Below are positions 48,612 to 57,738 of a DNA stretch of 57,738 bases, one piece after another. Each line of letters starts with the position of its first letter. Position 1 is the first letter of the stretch. This stretch comes from Hyphomicrobium sp. (GTDB taxonomy: Bacteria > Pseudomonadota > Alphaproteobacteria > Rhizobiales > Hyphomicrobiaceae), in assembly GCA_031419515.1 (NCBI GenBank), contig JANOKZ010000090.1, forward strand, positions 1 to 57,738, in the 5' to 3' direction. The position numbers and the translations under genes were made by a program. The notes under the pieces were generated by a model. That model was not told the DNA's origin. It saw nothing but the letters and a program-made list of their open reading frames with translations, and did not search any database.

Positions 48612-51600
48612 ATGGCAAATGATTTCACAGGTCCCGGCGATTTCACCGGCAGCGGCATCGATGCGCCCGGTTCATTGGCCCCCGGTTCAACGGCTAATGA
48701 TCAATTCGAAAAGACGGCGGCGTGGATCGCACCTGATGTGAATGCGCCGCCAGGATGCGGACGCATCATGTTGACTCGTCCAGGTGGTGCGGCAGACGAA
48801 CCCGATCCGGTCGTGGCCGTCCCTGCAGGATTTTCGTTCCTCAAGAAAATGTTTGGCGTTTTGGCGCCCGATAGTCCGAATGTCGCGGGAAACATTGCGA
48901 TCAAATCCAAATCCGCCGCCAACGATAATGTCGTTTGGGTCGGCGTTGAAGACGAAGCAGGTGACGGCGGCATCTATGGCAGTGACGTCGATGCGGCAAC
49001 GCTCGCAGACGGTAGTTCAGTCGTAGCCTGGATCGGCCCGGACAGAGTGGTCCACGCGAAATATTACCCGGCGGAAGGCGATGGAAACGGCGCCAGCGCT
49101 GAAGAAGCAGCGGCACGCGCGGAGTACGTCGGCCAACTTAATGAACTGCTTTCCGATCTTGGTGGTGCCGGTCAACGCGCCGGAAACGCGGATGGCCGCG
49201 TTAAAGTCACGTCTTACGGTCAAGGTGGCGTGGCGGCGCTTTGGATCGCCGATTTCGGTTTTACGGCGGCCCTTATGGGCAAACTCTACATGCTGCAGCA
49301 GGACCCTGCTGAAGACAGCACGACGGGATCGCCGGCGGCGCAGACGGCATTGTGGACAGTCAAGGACATAGCGCCAGTCGCGGTGCCAAAATTTGCATCG
49401 AATATCTCAATCGATGTTTCAAACGACGGTCAAATCTCGGTCAGTTACCAGTCGGAACCTGGCGACGGCGGATTGAAGCTGGCCGTCTCGGTTGATAGTG
49501 GTGCCGCGAGCGAAGACGAATTGAGGGGTTCAGACGAAGGCGACTTGCTCGCGCCTGACGCCGAATCTTCGGATCTGCAAGTGCCGCACGGAAGTTCGGT
49601 ACCAGTTAAAGTCGGCAACGCGGACACCTTTCAGACTAATGAGGCGGAAGCTGCGGCCGCGGACGGCGAGATCGATGCGCCAGCCGATCAAGGTCCGGCA
49701 CGAGACGACGATTCGAACGGCGGTTCTTTCGGTTCAATTGTACCAGACGTCACATCGGACGTTGAGTTGATTGGCACGCCGGTCACGATTGCCGGTGGCG
49801 AAGGCGACACGGTTGCTCAGAAAAAGCCACAGGTCGTTGCCCAGGGCGATAAGATCGCCGTCCTGCACGTCAGTGACGGAGAAAAGCCGGGCACGTCCAT
49901 CATCCAGGTCGATCTGATCGATGCAAATGGAAATCCAGTCATTGGCTCCGACGGTGCGCCTGCGTCCGTGGTCGTTGCGTCCGATGCGATTGTTGAAATT
50001 CCCGACAAGCCGTTTCTGGAATTAGGCCCGTCGATATCGTTCGCCGGGGACAAGGTTGTTGTCGCGTACGTATCGAATTCGGGTGATGCAGAACATACTC
50101 AATACCAGATCAATCTTCAATTGATTGACGATGACGGCAAGCTAGCGTCCGACGCACCAACCGTGGTGGCGTTGGCGTCCGATTCTGAGACAACCTATTC
50201 GGATTTCGATACTGCCGGGTTAACCACTCACCACACCACTCACCACCATGAGAACGGTGACGGGAGCGAATATCCGGACGGCGGCGGTTCGGAACAAGTT
50301 GGTTCGGACGATGACGCCGGCTCAAGCGTAACAGAACCGATCCATAGCGAGCCGCTGGACACACAAGGTGCTCAAGTTGCCGTAGTCTGGGTCGAGAATG
50401 CCAATGAGAGCGGCTACGGCAGCATCATGGGCCAGCTTTTCGCCATCGTGGATCGGGAAAGCGATGGCCAGGACGGCAGTGAAAGCGGCGATAACAGCGG
50501 TCGCGGAAATGCCGGAGATTACGGGCAAGTTCTCGTAGCGCTAGGGCTCGACGGTTCCGCCGGTTCGAGCGGCGGCGACGGCGATGCCGCCTTCCAATTG
50601 CCGTCCGAAACCGCACAGGAAGTCATCGGCCGCGCACCGCAAGTTTCAGGATGCGGTGATGACGGCATCGCAGTGGTCTGGGTGCAGGAATCGAACCCCG
50701 GAAGTGGCATTGAAGTCGTCGCTGGTACCGTTCTGCAAACGAGCGGCGGCATTTCGTTGCTGGCCATTAATCTCACGGGCTTGATCAGCAATGGCATCCT
50801 GCGAGGGACCGAGCCATCACTGCTTTCCAACGACAACGGTGATATCGTTATTGGCTGGGTGCAGAGTAGCAGTAGCGGCTTGTACGAAGCAGCCGTTGCG
50901 GTTTATCGCGCGATAGAGACCGGCGGATGGTCGGTGCCGGACGTGGCGATCGTGCTGCGAACGTTCGATTCAGAACCAAGAAACCTGGATTTTGGTCTTC
51001 AGGGTGGCGACGATCCAACGATACTTCTGAGCTGGAGCAGCAGCGGTTCGCGGGTGAGCGGCGCCCGCTTTGATCTCGACGGGATCCAGGAAGGCAGTGT
51101 CTTCCGCATTCGCGGCGATGACAATGACAATGCCGCTGAAGGTGATGTGAGTGTCGCCGGGCTTTCTGACGGCCATATCGTTGTCGTCTACACCCAGGCC
51201 GATGGCGCCGACACTGATATTGGCGCGATGATTGTGCAAACCGCACCAAGTAGCGCCAGCGACGGCAGCGGTGATGGCGGCAACAGCGGTCTTGGCACCG
51301 GTTCGGGCGATCTGAATTCCGATGGCGGCCCCTCGCAGATCGCAATCGTTGTCACAACCCCCACCGCCGACAACACTGATGCCGGGACAATGACGAACCT
51401 CGTCGTCGTCGATTTGGAAAGCGATTTGATCTGGGTGTTCGACGCCGGTCAATTCGAAACCTCCGGGGCAACCAGCAGCACGAGTGGGTCCAGCAGCAAC
51501 AGCGGGTCCGGTTCGGAGAATTCTGGGTCCGGCAGCGGCGGCGATGGCGGTAGTCTTAACTACGCGGTCAACAATGACTCTGCATTTGACATTAGCGGAA

Positions 51601-51857
51601 GCGGTTCAGCGGGTAGCGGCTCATCGGGCAGTGGGAGCGGCAAAGTTGAAGGCGATAACCTTGCGTTTGCCGTTGGCTACGGCAACGACGCCGCCGACTA
51701 CTACGAAGATGAACACGTGTTCGACGTTACTGCGCCGATAGCAGACATGTTCGACGCGCTTCAGTTCGCGAATGCGCTGCACGACAATGGCAACGGGGAA
51801 GTCCTTGTCTTCGAGGCGTCCAACCTTGTCGTAATCCGCGACTTCGAAACACTTTAA
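48612..51857 (+). CDS. Large acidic Gly/Ser/Asp-rich protein, probable T1SS substrate
   Basis: No N-terminal signal; recurrent L.DG..VV.W-type beta repeats; Gly/Ser tracts; C-terminal DNLAFAVGYGND; directly upstream of the ABC/MFP pair. Confidence 0.75.
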   Translation: MANDFTGPGDFTGSGIDAPGSLAPGSTANDQFEKTAAWIAPDVNAPPGCGRIMLTRPGGAADEPDPVVAVPAGFSFLKKMFGVLAPDSPNVAGNIAIKSKSAANDNVVWVGVEDEAGDGGIYGSDVDAATLADGSSVVAWIGPDRVVHAKYYPAEGDGNGASAEEAAARAEYVGQLNELLSDLGGAGQRAGNADGRVKVTSYGQGGVAALWIADFGFTAALMGKLYMLQQDPAEDSTTGSPAAQTALWTVKDIAPVAVPKFASNISIDVSNDGQISVSYQSEPGDGGLKLAVSVDSGAASEDELRGSDEGDLLAPDAESSDLQVPHGSSVPVKVGNADTFQTNEAEAAAADGEIDAPADQGPARDDDSNGGSFGSIVPDVTSDVELIGTPVTIAGGEGDTVAQKKPQVVAQGDKIAVLHVSDGEKPGTSIIQVDLIDANGNPVIGSDGAPASVVVASDAIVEIPDKPFLELGPSISFAGDKVVVAYVSNSGDAEHTQYQINLQLIDDDGKLASDAPTVVALASDSETTYSDFDTAGLTTHHTTHHHENGDGSEYPDGGGSEQVGSDDDAGSSVTEPIHSEPLDTQGAQVAVVWVENANESGYGSIMGQLFAIVDRESDGQDGSESGDNSGRGNAGDYGQVLVALGLDGSAGSSGGDGDAAFQLPSETAQEVIGRAPQVSGCGDDGIAVVWVQESNPGSGIEVVAGTVLQTSGGISLLAINLTGLISNGILRGTEPSLLSNDNGDIVIGWVQSSSSGLYEAAVAVYRAIETGGWSVPDVAIVLRTFDSEPRNLDFGLQGGDDPTILLSWSSSGSRVSGARFDLDGIQEGSVFRIRGDDNDNAAEGDVSVAGLSDGHIVVVYTQADGADTDIGAMIVQTAPSSASDGSGDGGNSGLGTGSGDLNSDGGPSQIAIVVTTPTADNTDAGTMTNLVVVDLESDLIWVFDAGQFETSGATSSTSGSSSNSGSGSENSGSGSGGDGGSLNYAVNNDSAFDISGSGSAGSGSSGSGSGKVEGDNLAFAVGYGNDAADYYEDEHVFDVTAPIADMFDALQFANALHDNGNGEVLVFEASNLVVIRDFETL

Positions 51858-52017
51858 TCATCACGGGGCGTTCTGAAATGAGACGGCATGAAAAATGCAA
51901 ATCGGACCAGAAACAAGCGTTAACATTAAGGGCGCCTCCGGATGCTTTGACCGGAAGCGTTTGAGTGAGACGAGGCCATTTCGAGTATGAGTTTGTTTTA
52001 GTTATAAGGCGGGCGTT

Positions 52018-53751
52018 ATGGCGGTAAAAGGCAAAATTGGGGAAGTCAGAGCGGCGATGGGATCGCTCGGTCCCCTGGTTCCCACGGTAGCGTTGATCTC
52101 CTGCGTTGTGAACGTCCTGGCACTTACGGGCTCATTCTACATGCTCCAGGTCTATGACCGGGTGCTCTCGAGCCGCAGCATCCCAACACTCGTCGCGCTC
52201 TCGGCACTGGCCATCGGGCTCTATATTTTTCAAGGCGCTCTTGAGGTTATTCGCGGGCAGGTTTTCGTCCGGCTCGCAAGCCGCGTTGACCGGCAATTGT
52301 CGGCGAAAGCCCATGACGCGATCCTGCGCCTGCCGCTCTACGGCGGGTCGCGCTCCGAAGCACTTCAACCGATGCGCGACGTTGATACTGTCAGGTCATT
52401 CATGGCTGGAGCCGGACCGGTTGCGCTCTTCGATGTGCCTTGGATGCCGCTCTATATCGGATTCGTGTTCCTGCTTCATCCGGTTCTGGGAGTTGTCACG
52501 TGCGCCGGCGCCCTCGTCATGTTTGCACTGACAATGATCAGCGAACGCATGGTCAAGCAGCCGGCTGCCGACGCGACGACGGCTTCGTCCGAGCGGCTCG
52601 GCCTTGCGCAATCCTGCGAGCGTAACGCCGAAGTCGTGCGAGCTATGGGTTTTGGCGGCCCACTGCAGCGCCGCTATCTGGCCGCGAACGAACGCCACCT
52701 CGCGGCGAATGAAAGATTGAGCGACGTCGGTGGCGGGTTATCGGTTGTTTCCAAAGTATTTCGGATGCTCCTGCAATCGGCACTTCTTGGAATTGGCGCT
52801 TATTACACCATTCAAGGCGATATGTCGGCTGGCGCCATCATTGCGGTCTCGATTGCCGCTTCGCGCGCGCTGGCGCCCATAGAGACCGCGATTGCGAACT
52901 GGAAAGGCTTCGTCGCGTCGCGGCAGGCCGCCGAGCGCTTGAACAAGGTATTCTCTGCGCTTCCCGCCGAACAGGTTCCGCTGGATTTGCCGAAGCCCCA
53001 CAAATCTCTCAATCTCGAAGGTTTAGCGGTTCTTATTCCGGGCAGTCAGCGCTTCGTATTGAATTCAATCTCGTTGGAAGTGGCGGCCGGCCAGGCGCTC
53101 GCCATCATAGGGCCGAGTGCCGCAGGCAAGTCGTCCTTGGCTCGGGCAATGGCCGGAATTTGGCCCGTGGCGCGCGGTGCTATTCGCCTCGATGGCGCGA
53201 GCCTTGATCGCTGGTCCAACGCCAGCCTCGGCTTGCACCTCGGTTATATGCCTCAGGAAGTCGATCTTTTCGAAGGTACGATCACCGAGAATATCTCGCG
53301 TTTCGAAGACAATGCAGACAGTGCAGCTATTCTAGAAGCGGCACGCGCTGCGGATGTCCACGAGATGATTTTGAGACTGCCGAATGGTTATGAGACGCGC
53401 ATCGGTGACCGCGGGACGTCGCTTTCGGCCGGACAGCGTCAGCGGATCGGTCTTGCGCGTGCGATGTATCGCAACCCATTCCTTGTTATTCTCGACGAGC
53501 CTAACTCCAATCTCGACGCCGACGGCGATGCTGCCCTCATGAAGGCTATTCATTCGGTCAAGCAGCGCGGAGGCATCGCCATCGTCGTGTCGCACAGACC
53601 GACGGTTCTCCAGGCGGTGGATCTCGTAGCAGTGGTCGGCAATGGACAATTGACGGCATTCGGTCCGCGCGATGAGATTATTCGCAAAGCCACGAAGCAG
53701 GCGTCGAATGTGCAACCCATCAGCAATCAGGGCGGCGGCAAGCTCGCGTGA
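52018..53751 (+). CDS. Type I secretion ABC permease/ATPase (PrtD family)
   Basis: YMLQVYDRVL, FDVPWMP, GPSAAGKSS, LSAGQRQR, LDEPNSNLD; no C39 domain. Confidence 0.94.
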   Translation: MAVKGKIGEVRAAMGSLGPLVPTVALISCVVNVLALTGSFYMLQVYDRVLSSRSIPTLVALSALAIGLYIFQGALEVIRGQVFVRLASRVDRQLSAKAHDAILRLPLYGGSRSEALQPMRDVDTVRSFMAGAGPVALFDVPWMPLYIGFVFLLHPVLGVVTCAGALVMFALTMISERMVKQPAADATTASSERLGLAQSCERNAEVVRAMGFGGPLQRRYLAANERHLAANERLSDVGGGLSVVSKVFRMLLQSALLGIGAYYTIQGDMSAGAIIAVSIAASRALAPIETAIANWKGFVASRQAAERLNKVFSALPAEQVPLDLPKPHKSLNLEGLAVLIPGSQRFVLNSISLEVAAGQALAIIGPSAAGKSSLARAMAGIWPVARGAIRLDGASLDRWSNASLGLHLGYMPQEVDLFEGTITENISRFEDNADSAAILEAARAADVHEMILRLPNGYETRIGDRGTSLSAGQRQRIGLARAMYRNPFLVILDEPNSNLDADGDAALMKAIHSVKQRGGIAIVVSHRPTVLQAVDLVAVVGNGQLTAFGPRDEIIRKATKQASNVQPISNQGGGKLA

Positions 53752-53823
53752 CGGCTAAAGCCGCCGCACCCCGGGCAACATGGGTTGGGGCGTTAAGAGC
53801 AGGTTCTATTTTCTAGGAACGAG

Positions 53824-55125
53824 ATGAAGGCCGAGGCACCCAAACTGGAATCCCAAATGCGGCGCCGGCTGCTGATAGGTCTCGTACTTACAGTGCTGCT
53901 GGTTGGCGGCTTGGGCGGCTGGGGCGCGGTCGCATCGATCTCAAGTGCTGTCATCGCGCCGGGTCTTATTGTTGTCGATGGACATGGCAAGAAAGTTCAG
54001 CATCCAACGGGCGGCGTCATAGGCGAGATCTTGGTCAAAGGCGGTTCCAAGGTCGAAGCAGGGGACATCGTTATCCGGCTCGACCCCACGCAGACCCGCG
54101 CAGCACTTGGCGTCGTTACGTCGCAACAAGTCCAGCTTGAGGGCCGCAGAGCCCGTCTTGCGGCCGAGCGCGATCAAGCCACGAATGTAACATTTCCGAA
54201 GGGGTTTATCGAAAGCGCACCGGACGCGGCAGAAATTGCCGGGAGCGAACAGCGTCTCTATGCCGCCCGGCTATCCGCAAAAGGCGGCCAGAAAGCGCAG
54301 TTAAGCGAGCGCATTGGGCAATTCCGCAAGGAAATCGAAGGGCTACAGTCGCAGCTCGTGGCCAAGGAGACAGAGGTTAAGCTCGTCACCGAAGAGTACG
54401 AGCGCGTCAACGATATGTACAAAAAGCAGCTTACACCGATTACACGGGTATTGACCGCTGAGCGCGACGTCACGCGGCTCCAGGGTGAGCAGGGTGCATT
54501 GGTTTCAAACATCGCAAGGGCCAAGGGCCAAATTAGCGAAACCGAAGTCCAGATCATTTCGCTCGATCAGACAATGCAGTCGGAATCCATGAAGGAATTG
54601 CGCGAAGTCGAGGCGCGGCTTGCAGAGTTGGCAGAACGCCGCAACGCCGCCCAAGATCAGCTTGATCGCATCGATATTAAGGCGCCGCGTTCGGGCGTGG
54701 TGCATGAGCTTCAGGTTCACACTGTCGGCGGCGTCATTCAGCCGGCCGAAACGCTGATGACCATCATCCCAAGCGACGACAAACTCGCGGTCGAAGTCCG
54801 CATTGCGCCAACCGACATCGATCAGGTGACGATCGGCCAGAAGGCCACGCTCAGGTTTTCAGCATTCAACCAGCGTACGACGCCGGAATTCATAGGCGAA
54901 ATACAGCAAATTGCCGGCGACCTCACGAAAGAGCCACAAACAGGCGTGTCCTATTATGTCGCCCGGATTGCCATTTCAGAGGAGCACCAGGATGACGTGC
55001 GCGCTTTGAAACTCGTGCCCGGTATGCCGGTCGAGACGTTCGTGGAAACGGGCAGCCGGACGGCAATTTCGTATCTCTTCAAGCCGTTCAGCGACCAGAT
55101 TTCGCGGGCCTTCCGCGAGGAATGA
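53824..55125 (+). CDS. Type I secretion membrane fusion protein (HlyD/PrtE family)
   Basis: KVQHPTGGVI, IKAPRSGVV..VHTVGGVI, FSAFNQRTTP, LVPGMPVE..YLFKP. Confidence 0.94.
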   Translation: MKAEAPKLESQMRRRLLIGLVLTVLLVGGLGGWGAVASISSAVIAPGLIVVDGHGKKVQHPTGGVIGEILVKGGSKVEAGDIVIRLDPTQTRAALGVVTSQQVQLEGRRARLAAERDQATNVTFPKGFIESAPDAAEIAGSEQRLYAARLSAKGGQKAQLSERIGQFRKEIEGLQSQLVAKETEVKLVTEEYERVNDMYKKQLTPITRVLTAERDVTRLQGEQGALVSNIARAKGQISETEVQIISLDQTMQSESMKELREVEARLAELAERRNAAQDQLDRIDIKAPRSGVVHELQVHTVGGVIQPAETLMTIIPSDDKLAVEVRIAPTDIDQVTIGQKATLRFSAFNQRTTPEFIGEIQQIAGDLTKEPQTGVSYYVARIAISEEHQDDVRALKLVPGMPVETFVETGSRTAISYLFKPFSDQISRAFREE

Positions 55126-55156
55126 GTGACCGGAATTTCCGGGGGATACCATCACA

Positions 55157-55172
55157 CGGCAAAACTTATGCA
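55157..55172 (+). promoter_or_regulatory. Candidate sigma-54 (-24/-12) promoter
   Basis: CGGCAAAACTTATGCA: GG-N10-GC, in an AT-rich intergenic region before the third MCO-like gene. Confidence 0.35.
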
Positions 55173-55319
55173 GGCCTCCGGAATTGCCTGCTTGCAACAG
55201 AAAATATTTTCTCGGCAACGTGCTTAAAATCAGCCTTGAATTGAATTGAATTGCCGAATTCCAACGGTTATGATTGGTCATTAATTTTTAACTTAATGAC
55301 TTTGTTGCGGGCTAAAGTA

Positions 55320-56453
55320 ATGGCGTATTCAGCTGTAATGCCGGCAGTTGACGAAGCAGCTCTTGTCGCGGCATCCGCCCGGCCGGGCGCGGAAAATAAA
55401 AGCACTGCCTCTCCAGCAGGTCCCACCCACAATGGGCGCGAAGAAAAGTGCCCATTGCAGGCTCCCGAGAAGTATTTCGAGCGCCGCATGTTTACCGACG
55501 GCGTCATGACGATGCCAGATGGAGCCGTTGTTGCCTACTGGGGCTTCGAAGATCCTGTGGCCGCGCCTGGTCAGAAAACATTTCCCTCTCCTGTCATCCG
55601 CTTGCGTGAGGGAGAAGTCGCCCACGTCAAATTGGAGACGCTCTGTGATGCAGCTCCGGTAGCGCCCAACGCGCGAACTGGACCACACAACGGCGGATTG
55701 GGACGCGGTTGGGGTTCGCAGTCCGCTGGCGCCGTGGCCGTGCAAAAGCGTGAAAGCTATATCTACCAGTGGCAACCCAAACAGGCCGGCACTTGGCTTT
55801 ATCAAAGTCACTTCAGTTCGGCCCGGCACTTCGAAATGGGGCTCTTCGGTTTGTTGATCGTCGATCCCGAACCCGAGGCCGATGGTTTGCCGCGCGCCTA
55901 CCGGGGCGGGCCGGCCTATAACGTCGAACGCTGCTGGATCCTCGACGACATCGATCCGGACTGGCACGCAGGTGCAGAGCTGGTATCCGGCGGGTCCGGC
56001 TCCGAGCGCGAGCGGCCATTCGTTCCCAAATATTTTCTTATCAACGGCGTGCCAAATACAGAGGCCATGCACGATGAACGCGTGGCGATCAACGCCAAGG
56101 CCGGCGACAAGGTTCTCATCCGGCTGCTCAATGCCAGCTTTTCGCTGGTGCGTGTGAAAATCGAAGGGCTGCAAGGTCAGATTATTTCAGTCGATGGCAA
56201 AGCACTGGCCAGTGCCGAGCACCCCTGGACCAAATGGAGCCCTGTGAAGCCCGCTCACCCCGTCTACCTGGCGACGGGTGCGCGCAACGATATCCTCATC
56301 GATCTCGATCCGGAAAAGAGCGGCATTGTTGCCCGGGGCGATTATCTCGTCACATTCGAGTTTCTGGACTGGGAAAAGCGAGTGATACGCAACGCCGAGG
56401 CAACGAGCCATGTTCACGTTGGGCGGGCGGTCACAAGGATTCGCGTGACTTGA
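55320..56453 (+). CDS. Multicopper-oxidase-like paralog of protein B with degenerate copper ligands
   Basis: Colinear with 37833-39023 (YFER, WGFED, FPSP.IR, YQWQPK.AGTW, HFEMGL, DDIDP.WH, IDLDP, FEF.DW, VGRA) but HTIHHH is lost and YHCH reads YQSH. Confidence 0.85.
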   Translation: MAYSAVMPAVDEAALVAASARPGAENKSTASPAGPTHNGREEKCPLQAPEKYFERRMFTDGVMTMPDGAVVAYWGFEDPVAAPGQKTFPSPVIRLREGEVAHVKLETLCDAAPVAPNARTGPHNGGLGRGWGSQSAGAVAVQKRESYIYQWQPKQAGTWLYQSHFSSARHFEMGLFGLLIVDPEPEADGLPRAYRGGPAYNVERCWILDDIDPDWHAGAELVSGGSGSERERPFVPKYFLINGVPNTEAMHDERVAINAKAGDKVLIRLLNASFSLVRVKIEGLQGQIISVDGKALASAEHPWTKWSPVKPAHPVYLATGARNDILIDLDPEKSGIVARGDYLVTFEFLDWEKRVIRNAEATSHVHVGRAVTRIRVT

Positions 56454-56530
56454 GTGATTGGCAATGGTCTGCTTTGCATGAGCGCGCTTTCCCTGCTTTG
56501 CGCTCGCGAGCGGAGCCATCGGTCCGTTCC

Positions 56531-57738
56531 ATGGTAAGCGAATTTTCAGGGGCGATGTTGCGCTGGTGGCGGGCACTGGGGCTGGCATCGCAATTTGCTC
56601 TTGCCGCGGCACTCGTCATCGGCACGGGTATGGCCATTCTTGGATCCTGGGTTGCGGGGCGCATCGAGAAGGGCGTGGTCGAACACGCGGCCACCATCGC
56701 CACTCTGCACCTTGATAGTTTCGTCGAGCCGCATCTGCAGTCACTCGTGCACGGTGACCAGCTCAGCGACGAAGCGGAGCGGCGCCTCTCTGGCTTGGCA
56801 CTTCGCGGCAACAATGGGCATTCGATCCTCGCCATCACCATTTGGGGTGCTGATGGTGCGGTCATTTTCTCGACCATTCCTCGGCTTGAGGGGCAGCGCC
56901 GGCTGATGCCAGCGAAAGTTTCAAAGGCTTGGCTGGGCAGGATCGAAGACAAGTTCGAGATGATAGTCCCAGAAGGCGGCGTGGGAGGAGCGGCGGCTGA
57001 GCCGGTCTTGAAGATTTTTGCGCCTATGCATCACACCGGCACGGCACGCATTATCGCAGTTGCGGAGGTGCACGAATCCGCCGGGCAATTGCATAAGGAT
57101 ATTACCCGTGCCCGATGGCAGACGGGTGGCATTCTGGCTTTGCTGTCGCTCGCAATGCTGACGTCGCTGTCGGGCATTGTGAGGCGGGGCGGGCAGACAA
57201 TCTCTGTGCAGCAGAAAGTCTTGAGCGAGCGCGTCGGTGAGCTGTCTTCGGCATTGGCCCAAAACGAAGAATTGCAGTTGCGTGTTGTGGAGGCCAACCG
57301 CCGTTCAACCGACACCAACGACCGGTTCTTGCGGCGCATCGGTGCTGAATTGCATGATGGACCTGTTCAGCTCATTGCTCTCGCATTGCTCCGCCTCGAG
57401 GGATTGAAGCCAACGGGTAACGCGGCCACGGCTGGGGCGAACAGCTTTGAGGAATTTGCGGCAGTCGAAACAGCCTTGCGTGATGCTTTAAAAGAAATCA
57501 GGGGCATGTCGTCGGGGTTGTCGTTGCCAAAAATGGAGGGCTCGACAATGACTCAAGTTATCGAGTATGCGGTGCGAAATCATGAGCGGCGGACTCGCAG
57601 CCGCGTCGCACTTGAACTTGGGCCGGATATGCCAAAGGGCGTGCCCAAGCTCCTGTTGACCTGCCTCTACCGGGCCGTTCAGGAGGGGCTGAACAACGCC
57701 TTCCGGCACGCTGGCGGCAAGGACCAGTCGGTTCGGAT
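56531..57738 (+). CDS. Sensor histidine kinase, HisKA_3 (NarX/UhpB-like); truncated by window end, absent from ORF track
   Basis: Manual translation: two TM segments, H-box FLRRIGAELHDGPVQL, N-box LYRAVQEGLNNAFRHAGG. Confidence 0.88.
   Translation, partial: MVSEFSGAMLRWWRALGLASQFALAAALVIGTGMAILGSWVAGRIEKGVVEHAATIATLHLDSFVEPHLQSLVHGDQLSDEAERRLSGLALRGNNGHSILAITIWGADGAVIFSTIPRLEGQRRLMPAKVSKAWLGRIEDKFEMIVPEGGVGGAAAEPVLKIFAPMHHTGTARIIAVAEVHESAGQLHKDITRARWQTGGILALLSLAMLTSLSGIVRRGGQTISVQQKVLSERVGELSSALAQNEELQLRVVEANRRSTDTNDRFLRRIGAELHDGPVQLIALALLRLEGLKPTGNAATAGANSFEEFAAVETALRDALKEIRGMSSGLSLPKMEGSTMTQVIEYAVRNHERRTRSRVALELGPDMPKGVPKLLLTCLYRAVQEGLNNAFRHAGGKDQSVR

Larger units (their letters stand above)
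30700..57738. mobile_element. Putative tRNA-Pro-adjacent accessory/genomic island (right end outside window)
   Basis: Core synteny ends at the tRNA; what follows is a gene remnant plus secretion and copper genes. No integrase or att repeat seen. Confidence 0.45.

Noticed and set aside
48612-51857. MopA-type haem peroxidase Mn oxidase
   Set aside because: No animal-haem-peroxidase motifs or RTX arrays visible
55281-55296. CtrA-like TTAA pair
   Set aside because: Spacer is 8 nt rather than the TTAA-N7-TTAA consensus

Overview
GC-rich alphaproteobacterial chromosome segment; gene content and order suggest Hyphomicrobiales (Hyphomicrobiaceae-like), which is an inference. 1-30.7 kb is mostly core genome: a di-haem cytochrome c peroxidase (cut by the window start), DUF815 AAA+ ATPase, yajC-secD-secF, Mth938 and squalene/phytoene-synthase-like genes, an SGNH hydrolase, trmFO, mntH, hppA, bamE, plsX-fabH-ihfA-merR, a PPTase and tRNA-Pro(GGG). 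This part carries GC-rich palindromic elements inside three reading frames and a 4.1 kb PilZ + GGDEF/EAL islet bounded by a direct repeat of the hppA terminator arm. From tRNA-Pro to the window end is an accessory region: cysC, an autotransporter remnant, two SCO copper chaperones, a complete but rearranged type II secretion system, a type I secretion pair with a large acidic substrate, three two-domain multicopper-oxidase (MCO)-like genes and a truncated sensor kinase. The best candidate for an undescribed system is the adjacent MCO-like pair (36387-39023), whose copper ligands are split in a complementary way: one has a Tat signal and domain-2 ligands, the other has no signal and only domain-1 ligands. 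This suggests a heteromeric, co-exported copper oxidase embedded in its own T2SS, with a ligand-less third paralog nearby. All calls are by eye; no searches were run.
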